Source of the DNA: Lachnospiraceae bacterium
GTDB taxonomy: Bacteria > Bacillota > Clostridia > Lachnospirales > Lachnospiraceae
Direction of reading: 5' to 3'
Assembly: GCA_051880395.1 (NCBI GenBank)
Contig: JBJENW010000108.1
Location: 3,677-67,676, forward strand
DNA: 64,000 nucleotides
Part shown: positions 40,286-51,216 of the stretch, piece by piece
Position numbering within the stretch: the stretch's first letter is position 1
How the letters are laid out: the number at the start of each line of letters is the position of its first letter
Notes under the pieces: generated by a model
What the model was told of the DNA's origin: nothing
The model's input: the letters and a program-made list of their open reading frames with translations, nothing else
Databases searched by the model: none
Made by a program: the position numbers and the translations under genes

Positions 40286-41149
40286 TTATCCTTCCTCTTC
40301 CTGCTCCTTTTTTGCAGACTTATATTCCACAAAATTGCGCAGAATCAGCACTGCTACCGCGATCAAAACCAATAACGATGAAACCGCAAACGCCGCTGTG
40401 ATCGATTCAGCTGAGCCCGACATATAAAGGGCATCAATTTCCAATGGCAGGGTAAATGTACCGCCACGCGTTTTTGAGATTGCATTTACCGCACCGAATT
40501 CTCCAAGCGCACGCGCTGTACAAAGAATAATTCCATATACAAGCGCCCATCGAATATGTGGCAATGTGACTTTTCGAAAAATCTTAAATCCTCCTGCCCC
40601 CATCAGCGCAGCTGCCTCTTCTTCCTCTTTCCCCTGTGCATTTAAAACAGGAATGATCTCTCTTGATACAAAGGGAAATGTCACGAAAATCGTTGCTAAA
40701 ACAACACCTGGAATTGCAAACGCAATTTTTATACGCGTATCAAATTGCATATTGAACGCCATGATAAATTTGTTCGCCCAGCCCAATCGCCCAAATGTCA
40801 TCAAAAACGCAAGACCCGCGATCACCGGTGAAATAGAAAACGGAATATCGATCAATGTTGCCAGCACATGTTTTCCTTTAAACGAGAATTTCGTTAAAAG
40901 CCAGGCAGAGATCAATCCAAAGAACGTATTTACCATGACAGCAATCACTGTTGCAAGTAAAGTAACACCCAGTGCAGAAATAACATATTCTGTCGAGATC
41001 GCTTTCAAATAAAATTTCCATCCTTCCCGTAAGGAACTCACAATCACAGATAAAAGTGGCAATACCAGCATCGTTAAAATAAACAGAACGCCCAGTAAAA
41101 TCAAAACAACCTCTGTTATACTTCGTTTTTGCTTTTTCTCTTTCTGCAT
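40286..41149 (-). CDS. cysW: sulfate ABC transporter permease CysW
   Basis: Polytopic protein with an EAA-type loop (EEEAAALMGAGGFKIFRKVTLP). It is the second permease in sbp-T-W-A order. Confidence 0.85.
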   Translation of the reverse strand: MQKEKKQKRSITEVVLILLGVLFILTMLVLPLLSVIVSSLREGWKFYLKAISTEYVISALGVTLLATVIAVMVNTFFGLISAWLLTKFSFKGKHVLATLIDIPFSISPVIAGLAFLMTFGRLGWANKFIMAFNMQFDTRIKIAFAIPGVVLATIFVTFPFVSREIIPVLNAQGKEEEEAAALMGAGGFKIFRKVTLPHIRWALVYGIILCTARALGEFGAVNAISKTRGGTFTLPLEIDALYMSGSAESITAAFAVSSLLVLIAVAVLILRNFVEYKSAKKEQEEEG

Positions 41150-41159
41150 GATATTCCTC

Positions 41160-42008
41160 CTAACTGGTATGTTTTACCTGATACGCCTGCACCAAATTTA
41201 CCAAAAATAAAATCACAAACGATAAAATCAGCATGACAAGTGCGATCGTTGTCGCGCTGGCATAATCAATATAATTTAACTTCTGCATGATCACATAGGA
41301 AATAACCTGTGTTTTATCCTTTGCACTGTTTCCGGAAATATAGATCACACTTCCATATTCTCCCACACCTCTGGCGAAAGCTAATCCGAATCCGGTCAGT
41401 AATGCCGGACAAAGCTCTGGCATAATGATCTTAAAAAATATCCGTACGCGGTTTGCTCCGAGCATGCTTCCAGCCTCCTCATACGACGGATCGAGTTTTT
41501 CTAAAACCGGCTGAATCGCCCGCACCACAAACGGAATTCCGACAAAGATCAACGCGATAATGATTCCCAACTTTGTATAGGAAACCTGTATTCCAAGTTT
41601 TGCAAGATACTTTCCTGGAAAACCGGTGTCGGAATACATTTTCGACAACGTAATTCCGGCTACGGCGGTCGGCAGAGCAAACGGAAGCTCGATCAGTCCA
41701 TCCAAAATCCGTTTCCCCGGAAAATCGTACCGTACCAGAATCCATGCCAAAATCACACCGAAAATACAATTGATCACAGCTGCGATCAACGAACAGCTAA
41801 TGCTTGTCCACAAAGCATTTTTTACACTACTTTTCATCAATAGCTCAAACATTTCCGGAATCGACAGCCTCATTGAATACACTAAAATTGATACCAAGGG
41901 AATCAACACCAATAGTGATAACATTGTAACTGTAATACCCAGACTTAATCCAAATCCCGGTATGACTCTACCAGAACCTTTTTGTTTTTTCTTTCCAAAT
42001 CCGCTCAT
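41160..42008 (-). CDS. cysT: sulfate ABC transporter permease CysT
   Basis: Polytopic protein with an EAA-type loop (YEEAGSMLGANRVRIFFKIIMP). It is the first permease after the binding protein. Confidence 0.85.
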   Translation of the reverse strand: MSGFGKKKQKGSGRVIPGFGLSLGITVTMLSLLVLIPLVSILVYSMRLSIPEMFELLMKSSVKNALWTSISCSLIAAVINCIFGVILAWILVRYDFPGKRILDGLIELPFALPTAVAGITLSKMYSDTGFPGKYLAKLGIQVSYTKLGIIIALIFVGIPFVVRAIQPVLEKLDPSYEEAGSMLGANRVRIFFKIIMPELCPALLTGFGLAFARGVGEYGSVIYISGNSAKDKTQVISYVIMQKLNYIDYASATTIALVMLILSFVILFLVNLVQAYQVKHTS

Positions 42009-42043
42009 GTTTTACCTCATTTCTCCCAGATTTTTCGCACCAT

Positions 42044-43063
42044 TTACGGATTGTAAATTTCATCAAAAATTCCATCATCATCAAAAAATTTTTCATAAGC
42101 AGCATCCCAGCCGCCAAAATCCTGGATATTGCAAAGCTCCATATCCAGAGGGAAACAATCTGCAAATTCTTCTAAAATATCCGGATTTGTCGGACGATAC
42201 CCATTTTCTCCGATCAAGCGCTGCGCCTCATCGGTATACAGCCCGTCCAAATATTCCTTTGCCACTTCCTGTGTGTGATACATATCCGCATTCTCATCCA
42301 CGATCGCCACACTCGGCTGTGCTAAAATACTGTACTTCGGATAGACAATCTCATATTGATCGGGATATTCCTGCAGCGTATTGATTGCTTCATTTTCCCA
42401 ATCAAGCAGCACATCACCCTGACCGTTTTCTACAAACGTTGTCGTAGAACCTCGTGCACCGGAGTCCATTACTGTCACATTGTGATACATCGCTTTTACA
42501 TATTCTTTTGCCTTCGCCTCATTATTTTGATAGGTCTTTAACGCATAATTCCACGCTGCCAGAAAATTCCAGCACGCAGCACCGCTGCTCTTCGGATCTG
42601 GTGTGATCACCGCAACATTCTCTTTGATCAGATCATCCCAATCCTGTATATTCTTCGGATTCCCTTTTCTCACCAGAAAGACGATCGTAGATGTATACGG
42701 AGAAGAATCATATGGAAATTCTTTTTTCCACCCCTTTTCGATCAATCCGGTTCGCTCTATTAAAGTGATATCATGTTCCAAAGCCAGTGTGACAACATCT
42801 GCATCGCTTCCCTCTACAACGGAACGTGCCTGTGCACCAGAACCTCCGTGCGACTGAACGACTTCAATTTTCTTTCCTGTTTTTTCCTGATACTGATTTT
42901 CAAAAATTTGATTATATTTTTCGTACAATTCTCTGGTCGGATCATAAGATACATTTGTAATGGTAAGTACATCTGTTTTTTTCGTTCCACACCCAGAGAC
43001 GCTCGAAAGCAGCACTGTTGTCAAAAGCATCCATACTGTCGCTTTCTGCCATCTTTTTTTCAT
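42044..43063 (-). CDS. sbp: sulfate ABC transporter substrate-binding lipoprotein
   Basis: Lipobox LLSSVSGC, 339 aa, with an Sbp/CysP-like sequence (HGGSGAQARSV). Confidence 0.85.
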   Translation of the reverse strand: MKKRWQKATVWMLLTTVLLSSVSGCGTKKTDVLTITNVSYDPTRELYEKYNQIFENQYQEKTGKKIEVVQSHGGSGAQARSVVEGSDADVVTLALEHDITLIERTGLIEKGWKKEFPYDSSPYTSTIVFLVRKGNPKNIQDWDDLIKENVAVITPDPKSSGAACWNFLAAWNYALKTYQNNEAKAKEYVKAMYHNVTVMDSGARGSTTTFVENGQGDVLLDWENEAINTLQEYPDQYEIVYPKYSILAQPSVAIVDENADMYHTQEVAKEYLDGLYTDEAQRLIGENGYRPTNPDILEEFADCFPLDMELCNIQDFGGWDAAYEKFFDDDGIFDEIYNP

Positions 43064-43077
43064 GGTATCCTCCTCTT

Positions 43078-44019
43078 TTACTCCGTCTGTAAGGAGAAAA
43101 GTTCTGTCGATAAATAACGCTCTCCGGAATCCGGCAAAAGAACTACAATGTTCTTCCCTTTATTTTCTGGTCGTTTTGCCAGTTGTTCTGCTGCACAAAG
43201 TGCACTTCCAGAAGAAATACCTATCAAAAGTCCGTCCGTTTTTGCCACTTTTCTGGCACTAGAAAATGCCGCTTCGTCAGAAACAGTTATCACTTCGTCG
43301 ATCAGATTCATATCCAGCACTTTCGGAATAAATCCTGCACCGATTCCCTGAATTTTATGCGGGCCCGGCTTTCCACCTGACAACACCGGTGAATTTTCCG
43401 GCTCAACCGCAATGATTTTCACATCCGGATATTTTTCTTTCAGTCCTTGCGCTGTTCCTGTGATCGTACCACCTGTTCCGACCGCCGAGACAAAAAAGTC
43501 AACCGGTTCATCCATATCTTCTAAAATTTCTTTTGCCGTTGTCTCCTTGTGTACTCCTGGATTTGCCGGATTTTCAAACTGCTGTGGAATCACCGCATTT
43601 CCATAGTACTCTTTCAATTCTTTCGCTTTTTCGATTGCGCCTCGCATCCCAAGTCTTCCCGGTGTCAATACCACTTCCGTCCCAAGTGCTGTCACAATTT
43701 TTCTTCGTTCCACACTCATTGTGTCCGGCATTGTTAGAATAAGATGCAACCCCATAGATGCCGCAACAAACGCAAGACCAATTCCCGTATTTCCACTCGT
43801 CGGCTCAATTAAAATCGTTTTATCATTGATCAGACCCTCTTTCACTCCCTGCGCGATCATTGCATATGCCACACGGTCCTTCACACTGCCAAGTGGATTG
43901 AAATATTCGAGTTTTCCGATCAGATGTGCCTGCAGATGCTCCTCCTTTTCCAGATTTGTCAACTCTAACAGCGGAGTATTTCCGATCAGTTCTGTTAAAT
44001 GTTTTGCAATTTTACTCAT
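43078..44019 (-). CDS. cysK: cysteine synthase A (O-acetylserine sulfhydrylase)
   Basis: PLP-lysine motif NPLGSVKDR and the TSGNTGIGLA loop. Confidence 0.92.
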   Translation of the reverse strand: MSKIAKHLTELIGNTPLLELTNLEKEEHLQAHLIGKLEYFNPLGSVKDRVAYAMIAQGVKEGLINDKTILIEPTSGNTGIGLAFVAASMGLHLILTMPDTMSVERRKIVTALGTEVVLTPGRLGMRGAIEKAKELKEYYGNAVIPQQFENPANPGVHKETTAKEILEDMDEPVDFFVSAVGTGGTITGTAQGLKEKYPDVKIIAVEPENSPVLSGGKPGPHKIQGIGAGFIPKVLDMNLIDEVITVSDEAAFSSARKVAKTDGLLIGISSGSALCAAEQLAKRPENKGKNIVVLLPDSGERYLSTELFSLQTE

Positions 44020-44043
44020 TTCTTTCTCCTTCGCTTCGATATA

Positions 44044-44448
44044 TTAGATACAGTAGATAAAATCATTCTCCCGTTTCCATGATACCAGCTCTTCCAATGT
44101 CACCGCATCAGTCACACTGCTGACTGCATCATCAATCTTATTCCAGAGAAGAACCAATGCTTCTTCATCATTTTCCGAATTTACTTTCAAGCTGCCCTCT
44201 GTCACTTGCAGAATATCACCAACCTTATATTCTTCCGGTTTTTTTGACAGGTGATATCCACCCTGCGGTCCCCTGATACTCTTTACCAGCCCCGCTTTAT
44301 TTAACATTGAAACAACCTGTTCTAAATACTTCTCTGATATATTTTCTCTTCCGGCAATATCTTTCAAACTCACTGGTCCTCCAGCATCATGTCCTGCCAG
44401 ATCCATCATTAATAATAATGCATATTTTCCCTTCATTGATATTTTCAT
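44044..44448 (-). CDS. Rrf2-family transcriptional regulator (CymR-like position)
   Basis: 134 aa with the winged-helix segment SLKDIAGRENISEKYLEQVVSMLNKAGLVKSIRGPQGGY. It lies 24 nt upstream of cysK. Confidence 0.85.
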   Translation of the reverse strand: MKISMKGKYALLLMMDLAGHDAGGPVSLKDIAGRENISEKYLEQVVSMLNKAGLVKSIRGPQGGYHLSKKPEEYKVGDILQVTEGSLKVNSENDEEALVLLWNKIDDAVSSVTDAVTLEELVSWKRENDFIYCI

Positions 44449-44502
44449 ATGATTCCATGTGCCTCCTTTTTTCGAGTTCTATGTCTGTTCACAGGCTTTT
44501 TC

Positions 44503-44554
44503 TCTTATCATTTTCCCTATGATAAGTTATAACATGTATTCCCTAGTTTGTCAA
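44503..44554 (-). promoter_or_regulatory. candidate promoter plus operator of the Rrf2-cys operon
   Basis: On the minus strand: TTGACA (44554-44549), a 17-nt spacer, then TATAAC (44531-44526). Immediately after comes the perfect palindrome CTTATCAT-N7-ATGATAAG (44503-44525). Confidence 0.5.
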
Positions 44555-44589
44555 TGTGTAAAATATGCTTTATTATTTTTCTTAAAGAA

Positions 44590-44796
44590 TCAGCTCTTTT
44601 TTTGCGCATCCAGAAGTGCCCTCAATGCCTCTTCATCCTCACTGATCCAGGCATCTTCCTCCTCGGCATTTAGTCCGAGATATGCACGCAATGTCAGCTC
44701 CGTGTCACTCATCCCCCACTCGAAACTATATCGATCAATTTCTTCAAAAGGGATTTCTCCTGCCAGATAACGCTCTTTGAATGTTTTATTTCCCAT
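44590..44796 (-). CDS. small acidic hypothetical protein (68 aa)
   Basis: MGNKTFKERYLAGEIPFEEIDRYSFEWGMSD... sits behind an AGGAGGG RBS. The longer 92-aa version would run into the gltD terminator hairpin. Confidence 0.45.
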   Translation of the reverse strand: MGNKTFKERYLAGEIPFEEIDRYSFEWGMSDTELTLRAYLGLNAEEEDAWISEDEEALRALLDAQKKS

Positions 44797-44834
44797 AAGC
44801 ATGACCCTCCTATTATTTCTGATAAAAATGAAAA

Positions 44835-44874
44835 TAACATGAAAAGGCGGCTTGCCGTGGCAAACCACCTTTTC
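44835..44874 (-). terminator. intrinsic terminator of gltBD
   Basis: Hairpin GAAAAGGCGGCTTGCC-GT-GGCAAACCACCTTTTC, followed by a T-rich tract on the minus strand, 45 nt after the gltD stop. Confidence 0.65.
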
Positions 44875-44918
44875 TCTATATACGCTGCTTTTTCATGCTC
44901 CCTTTGAAAAGCAACTGT

Positions 44919-46412
44919 TTACTGAACAGACAGATAAGAATATCCCATCAGACTTTCATCAACTGCACGTGCTGCCTCACGCCCTTCACGAATTGCCCAG
45001 ACAACCAAGGACTGTCCACGATGCATATCACCTGCTGTAAAGACATTCTCTACATTTGTCTTATAAGAATCAGCCTCTGTCGCAACATTTGTACGTTCAT
45101 TTAATTTTACGCCGAACGCATCTGCTACATATTTATCACAGCCCAGGAAACCGGCTGCAATCAGCACTAAATCCGCATCCATCTTTGTCTCGCTTCCAGG
45201 AACTTCTACCATATTGATACGTCCTGTCTTTTCGTCTTTTTCCGGTGTCAGTTTTACAACTTTTAAGCCACAGACATTTCCGTTTTTATCTTTTAAGAAT
45301 TCTTTCACGGTTGTCTGATAGATTCGCGGATCGTGTCCAAACACTGCGATGGCTTCTTCCTGACCGTAATCTGTCTTGCAGACCTTTGGCCACTGTGGCC
45401 ATGGATTGTCCTCTGCGCGCTGATCCGGTGCCTTTGGCATCATCTCTAACTGTGTTACAGATGCTGCGCCATGACGGATACTGGTTCCGACACAATCGTT
45501 ACCGGTATCACCACCACCTATGATGACCACTTTCTTTCCTTTTGCAGAAATATAAGCATTATCCTTTAAATCCGAATTCAACAAACTCTTTGTTGTAGAT
45601 GTAAGGAAATCCACTGCAAAATAAATACCTTTTGCATCTCTGCCAGGAACTTTGATATCACGCGGATTTTTTGCACCACATGCAAGTACAACCCTGTCGT
45701 ATTCTTTTAACAGTTTTGCTGCTTTGACATCTTTTCCGACATTTGCGTTCGTAATAAATTCTACGCCTTCTTCTTTCATGATATTGACTTTCCGATCAAT
45801 GACCTGTTTTTCCAGTTTCATATTCGGAATACCATACATCAGAAGTCCACCAATGCGATCATCTCGCTCAAATACTGTAACAGAATGACCACGACGGTTT
45901 AACTGATCCGCAACGGCAAGACCAGCAGGACCGGAACCGATAACTGCTACTTTTTTACCTGTTCTAACTTTTGGTGGTTTTGCAGCTGCATAACCTTTTT
46001 CATACGCATTTTCGATAATGCTGTGCTCGTTTTCCTTACAGGACACCGAGTCACCCCAATGTCCGCAAGTGCAGGCTGCCTCGCATAAAGCCGGGCAGAC
46101 ACGAGACGTAAATTCCGGGAAGTTGTTCGTTTTTTTCAAACGATTGTATGCCTGTTCCCAGTTTCCTGTAAATACTAAATCATTCCATTCCGGAACCAGG
46201 TTGTGCAGCGGACATCCGGAGGTCATTCCCATAATGGTCATACCTGACTGACAAAACGGGACTCCACAGTCCATACAACGCGCACCCTGTTTCCGTTGTT
46301 CTTCGAGAGAGAGCGGCACATGGAACTCATTAAAGTTCTTGATACGAGTTTTCGGATCGATTGCCTGACTCGTCTCTCTGTCATAATCCATAAATCCGGT
46401 TGGTTTTCCCAT
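44919..46412 (-). CDS. gltD: glutamate synthase (NADPH) small subunit
   Basis: 497 aa with N-terminal Fe-S cysteines (CMDCGVPFC) and [17 protein letters not shown]. Confidence 0.92.
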   Translation of the reverse strand: MGKPTGFMDYDRETSQAIDPKTRIKNFNEFHVPLSLEEQRKQGARCMDCGVPFCQSGMTIMGMTSGCPLHNLVPEWNDLVFTGNWEQAYNRLKKTNNFPEFTSRVCPALCEAACTCGHWGDSVSCKENEHSIIENAYEKGYAAAKPPKVRTGKKVAVIGSGPAGLAVADQLNRRGHSVTVFERDDRIGGLLMYGIPNMKLEKQVIDRKVNIMKEEGVEFITNANVGKDVKAAKLLKEYDRVVLACGAKNPRDIKVPGRDAKGIYFAVDFLTSTTKSLLNSDLKDNAYISAKGKKVVIIGGGDTGNDCVGTSIRHGAASVTQLEMMPKAPDQRAEDNPWPQWPKVCKTDYGQEEAIAVFGHDPRIYQTTVKEFLKDKNGNVCGLKVVKLTPEKDEKTGRINMVEVPGSETKMDADLVLIAAGFLGCDKYVADAFGVKLNERTNVATEADSYKTNVENVFTAGDMHRGQSLVVWAIREGREAARAVDESLMGYSYLSVQ

Positions 46413-46426
46413 GTTGTTGCCTCCTC

Positions 46427-49400
46427 TTACTTCCTTGTATTTGCATAGAATGCTTCAATCTGTGCCTGTTCCGCATTCAAACCTTTTTCTTCCATCTGTA
46501 CAATGGTCATCAACATACGGTTGTAATCGTACGGAACGATCTTCTTGAATTTCGGCAAATATTCGCTGAAATGATCAAGAATCATTTTTCCTTTTTCAGA
46601 ATTGGTCAATGCAACATGTTCTTTGATCATTTCCTTTAACTCTAATACGTCATATTTCGATGTTACTTCCTCGCAGAATACCATCTCTTTATTCAGACGC
46701 ATGTAGAGATCTCGATTTTCATCCAGAACATACGCAATACCACCGCTCATACCAGCTGCAAAGTTCTTACCGGTCGGTCCAAGAATCACAACACGTCCTC
46801 CTGTCATGTATTCGCATCCATGATCACCGACACCCTCTACAACCGCGATCGCACCAGAGTTACGTACACAGAAACGCTCACCTGCAACACCGTTGATAAA
46901 GGCTTTTCCACTTGTTGCACCATACAATGCTACGTTTCCGACAATGATATTTTCATCTTTCTTAAACGACACACCTGCTGGCGGATACACAACCAGTTTA
47001 CCACCGGAGAGACCTTTTCCGAAGTAGTCGTTACTATCACCGACAAGCTCTAATGTCAAACCATTCGGAATGAATGCACCAAAACTCTGTCCACCGGAAC
47101 CGTTACACTTGATAATAAAGGTATCCTCTTCTAATGTATTGTAATAGCGTTTTGTGATTTCAGAACCGAAGATCGTACCAAAGGAACGGTCTGTATTGGT
47201 AACTTCCACATCCAGACTGCGTTTCTGCTTATTATCCAAAGCACTCTTTAACTGTTTCATCAGAATCCGCTCGTCCTTTGTCTTCTCTAATTCGAAGTTG
47301 TATACCTGTTTCGGATCAAAGATCACTTTCTGTTTCGATCCTGCATATGGATTGTACAGGATTCTGGAAAGATCGATCTTCTTTTCACGCTCACTTAAAC
47401 CATCACGCACACGTAACAGATCCGTTCTTCCGACCAACTCGTCTACCGTACGAACGCCTAATTTTGCCATATATTCACGCAGGTCTTCCGCGATAAATTT
47501 CATGAAGTTTACAACATACTCCGGTTTTGCTGCAAAACGTTTTCTCAGTTCCGGATTCTGTGTTGCGATACCAGCCGGACATGTATCCAGATTGCAGACA
47601 CGCATCATAACGCAACCCATAACTACCAATGGTGCTGTAGCAAAACCAAATTCTTCGGCTCCGAGCATTGCTGCGATTGCAACATCACGACCACTCATCA
47701 ACTTACCGTCTGTCTCCACACGAACTTTGTTTCTCAGACCATTCATGATCAATGTCTGATGTGTCTCGGAAAGTCCAAGCTCCCATGGAAGTCCTGCATT
47801 ATGAATGGAGTTTCTCGGTGCAGCACCGGTACCACCATCGTATCCGGAAATCAGAATAACCTGTGCTCCGGCTTTTGCAACTCCGGCTGCGACTGTACCA
47901 ACGCCAGCCTCAGATACCAGTTTTACAGAAATTCTGGCATCTGTATTTGCATTCTTCAAATCGTAAATCAACTGTTCCAAATCCTCGATGGAATAGATGT
48001 CGTGGTGTGGTGGCGGGGAAATTAAGCCTACACCCGGGGTGGAATGTCTGGTTTTTGCAATCCACGGATATACTTTTTTACCTGGCAGATGTCCACCTTC
48101 ACCCGGTTTTGCTCCCTGTGCCATCTTAATCTGGATTTCCTGTGCACTGGTCAGATATTTACTCGTTACACCAAATCGACCGGACGCAACCTGCTTGATC
48201 GCGGAGCAGCGATTTAAGCCGTCTTTTCCGATGGTCAGACGTTCTAAATCTTCTCCACCTTCACCGGTATTTGATTTACCATGAATCATATTCATAGCGA
48301 TCGCCAATGTCTCGTGTGCTTCTTTTGAAATGGAACCATAAGACATCGCACCTGTCTTAAATCTGGTCACAATGGAATCCACACTTTCTACTTCCTCGAT
48401 CGGAATTCCTTTCTTCGGATAGTTGAAGTCCATCAAACCACGAATCGTCATGTCTGCTTCTTCTGCATCCACTAACTCGGTATACTGTTTAAACATCTGA
48501 TAATCGCCACGTTTTGTAGATTCCTGTAACAGATGAATCGTCTGCGGATTATACAAATGCTTATTTGCACCGCTTCTCATCTTATGACGTCCACAGCTGT
48601 TCAATGTCAGGTCATTTTCTAATCCTAACGGATCGTATGCCGTAGAATGTAATGTGTCTACATCATTTGCAATATCATCGATTGTGATACCACCGATTCT
48701 GCTGACCGTACCGGTAAAGTATTTGTCAATGACACTCGAATCAATACCGATTGCCTCAAAGATCTTGGATCCCTGATAAGACTGGATCGTAGAAATACCC
48801 ATCTTAGATGCAATCTTAACAATTCCGGATAAAACAGCCTGATCGTAATCTTCGATTGCTGCATAACAGTCTTTCTCTAACATATTGTTATCGATGAGCT
48901 GTTTTACGGTATCCTGTGCTAAATATGGATTGATCGCACAGGCACCAAATCCTAACAATGTTGCAAAGTGATGTACTTCACGCGGTTCACCACTCTCTAA
49001 GATCATGGCAACTGCAGTACGTTTCTTTGTCTGGATCAAGTGCTGCTGTAATGCAGATACTGCGAGCAGAGAAGGAATCGGCACATGGTTTTCATCCACA
49101 CCTCTATCGGAAAGGATCAGGATATTTGCGCCATCCTTATAAGCACGGTCTGCCTCTACATACAGACGATCGATGGCTTTCTCCAAGCTTGTATTTTTAT
49201 AGTAGATGATCGGAATGACTGCGACTTTAAAGCCATCTACCTTCATATTTTTAATTTTCATTAAATCCGTATTGGTCAAAATCGGATTGTTTACTTTCAA
49301 TACTTTACAGTTTTCTGCAGTTTCTTCCAGCAGGTTTCCGTCTTCACCAATGTATACCGTCGTGGATGTCACTACCTTCTCACGGATGGAATCGATTGGT

Positions 49401-50980
49401 GGGTTTGTAACCTGTGCAAATAACTGTTTAAAGTAATTAAACAATGGCTGATGATCTTCTGCAAGAACCGGAAGTGGCGCATCGACACCCATTGCAGCGA
49501 TTGCTTCGGAACCGTTTTGTGCCATCGGCAAAATCGCATTGCGCATAGACTCGTACGTATAACCGAATGCTTTCTGCATTTTTAAAAGTTCATCCTTATC
49601 ATACTGCGGTACGCGCTCGTTCGGGATCTTTAAATTCTGCAGATCGATCAGATTGCTGTCAAGCCATTCACCATACGGCTGGCTGTTCGCATACTTTTCT
49701 TTTAATTCTTCGTCATCGATCACACGTCCCTGAACAGTATCTACTAACAGCATTTTACCAGGATGTAATCTTTCTTTGACAACGATCTTCGTCGGATCTA
49801 CATCAAGAACACCAACTTCTGAAGATAAGATCAGTTGATCATCATCTGTGATATAATAACGGCTTGGTCTTAATCCGTTACGGTCAAGGACCGCACCCAT
49901 AACATCTCCATCACTAAACAAGATTGAAGCCGGTCCATCCCATGGCTCCATCATTGTTGCATAGTACTGATAGAAATCTTTTTTCTTCTGATTCATGATC
50001 TTATTGTTATCCCAAGGTTCTGGAATTGTGATCATGACAGCAAGCGGCAGATCCATACCACTCATTACTAAGAATTCCAAGGTGTTATCTAACATTGCAG
50101 AGTCAGATCCTGCTGTGTTTACAACTGGAAGCACCTTCTGCAATTCACCTTTTAGCTGTTCTGACTCCATCGTCTCCTCACGAGCCAGCATCTTATCCGC
50201 ATTACCGCGAATGGTATTGATCTCACCATTGTGTACAATAAAACGGTTTGGATGTGCACGCTCCCAGCTCGGCTGTGTATTCGTCGAGAAACGGGAATGT
50301 ACCATAGCGATCGCGGATTCATAATCCGGGTCCTGTAAATCTGCAAAGAACAGTCTCAACTGATCTACTAAGAACATACCTTTATATACGATCGTACGGC
50401 TGGAAAGAGAAACGACATATGTATCATCGTTACTCTGCTCATATACACGACGTGCAACATATAATTTTCGATCGAAATCAATTCCTTTTTTGACATTTGC
50501 AGGACGTTTTACAAATCCCTGCATGATACATGGCATGCAGTCCACTGCTTTCTGTCCCAGTTTCTTTGGATCCGTCGGCACTTCACGCCAACCCAAAAAT
50601 TCCATGCCTTCTTTTTCAATGATGACTTCAAACATCTTTTTCGCCTGATTACGTTTGAATTCATCTTGTGGAAAGAAGAACATACCAATACCGTAATCAC
50701 GCTCGTCTCCGATTTCAATTCCAAGTTCTTTTGCTGCTTTTGCAAAAAACTTGTGGGAGATCTGTAACAAGATACCTACACCGTCACCGGTTTTTCCTTC
50801 TGCATCTTTTCCTGCCCGGTGTTTCAGATTTTCTACGATCTTCAACGCATTTTCTACGGTTGCATGGGTTTTTTTACCTTTAATGTTTACAACCGCACCG
50901 ATACCACAGTTATCATGTTCGAACCGTGGATCATACATACCCTGGGCAACTGCATTGCTTTCATTCTGTTGTTTCTCCAT
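46427..50980 (-). CDS. gltB: glutamate synthase large subunit
   Basis: 1517 aa. It has the Ntn-amidotransferase start FEHDNCGIGAV, a central FMN/Fe-S domain and a C-terminal GXGXG beta-helix domain. Confidence 0.95.
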   Translation of the reverse strand: MEKQQNESNAVAQGMYDPRFEHDNCGIGAVVNIKGKKTHATVENALKIVENLKHRAGKDAEGKTGDGVGILLQISHKFFAKAAKELGIEIGDERDYGIGMFFFPQDEFKRNQAKKMFEVIIEKEGMEFLGWREVPTDPKKLGQKAVDCMPCIMQGFVKRPANVKKGIDFDRKLYVARRVYEQSNDDTYVVSLSSRTIVYKGMFLVDQLRLFFADLQDPDYESAIAMVHSRFSTNTQPSWERAHPNRFIVHNGEINTIRGNADKMLAREETMESEQLKGELQKVLPVVNTAGSDSAMLDNTLEFLVMSGMDLPLAVMITIPEPWDNNKIMNQKKKDFYQYYATMMEPWDGPASILFSDGDVMGAVLDRNGLRPSRYYITDDDQLILSSEVGVLDVDPTKIVVKERLHPGKMLLVDTVQGRVIDDEELKEKYANSQPYGEWLDSNLIDLQNLKIPNERVPQYDKDELLKMQKAFGYTYESMRNAILPMAQNGSEAIAAMGVDAPLPVLAEDHQPLFNYFKQLFAQVTNPPIDSIREKVVTSTTVYIGEDGNLLEETAENCKVLKVNNPILTNTDLMKIKNMKVDGFKVAVIPIIYYKNTSLEKAIDRLYVEADRAYKDGANILILSDRGVDENHVPIPSLLAVSALQQHLIQTKKRTAVAMILESGEPREVHHFATLLGFGACAINPYLAQDTVKQLIDNNMLEKDCYAAIEDYDQAVLSGIVKIASKMGISTIQSYQGSKIFEAIGIDSSVIDKYFTGTVSRIGGITIDDIANDVDTLHSTAYDPLGLENDLTLNSCGRHKMRSGANKHLYNPQTIHLLQESTKRGDYQMFKQYTELVDAEEADMTIRGLMDFNYPKKGIPIEEVESVDSIVTRFKTGAMSYGSISKEAHETLAIAMNMIHGKSNTGEGGEDLERLTIGKDGLNRCSAIKQVASGRFGVTSKYLTSAQEIQIKMAQGAKPGEGGHLPGKKVYPWIAKTRHSTPGVGLISPPPHHDIYSIEDLEQLIYDLKNANTDARISVKLVSEAGVGTVAAGVAKAGAQVILISGYDGGTGAAPRNSIHNAGLPWELGLSETHQTLIMNGLRNKVRVETDGKLMSGRDVAIAAMLGAEEFGFATAPLVVMGCVMMRVCNLDTCPAGIATQNPELRKRFAAKPEYVVNFMKFIAEDLREYMAKLGVRTVDELVGRTDLLRVRDGLSEREKKIDLSRILYNPYAGSKQKVIFDPKQVYNFELEKTKDERILMKQLKSALDNKQKRSLDVEVTNTDRSFGTIFGSEITKRYYNTLEEDTFIIKCNGSGGQSFGAFIPNGLTLELVGDSNDYFGKGLSGGKLVVYPPAGVSFKKDENIIVGNVALYGATSGKAFINGVAGERFCVRNSGAIAVVEGVGDHGCEYMTGGRVVILGPTGKNFAAGMSGGIAYVLDENRDLYMRLNKEMVFCEEVTSKYDVLELKEMIKEHVALTNSEKGKMILDHFSEYLPKFKKIVPYDYNRMLMTIVQMEEKGLNAEQAQIEAFYANTRK

Positions 50981-51216
50981 ACTCAGTTCCTTTCTTTCTG
51001 TATCGACTCAGAGTTCAAGCACAGACAGGCAACGTCTGTCCTCTCCTCTCTATCTACAAACAGTTTAAATTAATCATACACTCATTTTTCTCATTTGTAA
51101 ACTTCTTTTTTTTTATTATTTTCAGATAATTTGTATTTTGCGTATTTTTCTTTAAATTATCTGATAATAAACTTTATTATCTTAATTACATGCGTTTTTT
51201 TGCGTACAACTCATCC

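Noticed and set aside
41626-42384. 252-aa plus-strand ORF spanning cysT and sbp.
   Set aside because: It is antisense to two transporter genes with strong family signatures, crosses their intergenic gap and has no RBS.
44449-44590. S-box (SAM) riboswitch or T-box leader in front of the cysteine/sulfate operon.
   Set aside because: The leader is only about 80 nt between the predicted -10 and the ATG. I saw no specifier/T-box motif or SAM-I helices. Control by the Rrf2 regulator is more plausible.
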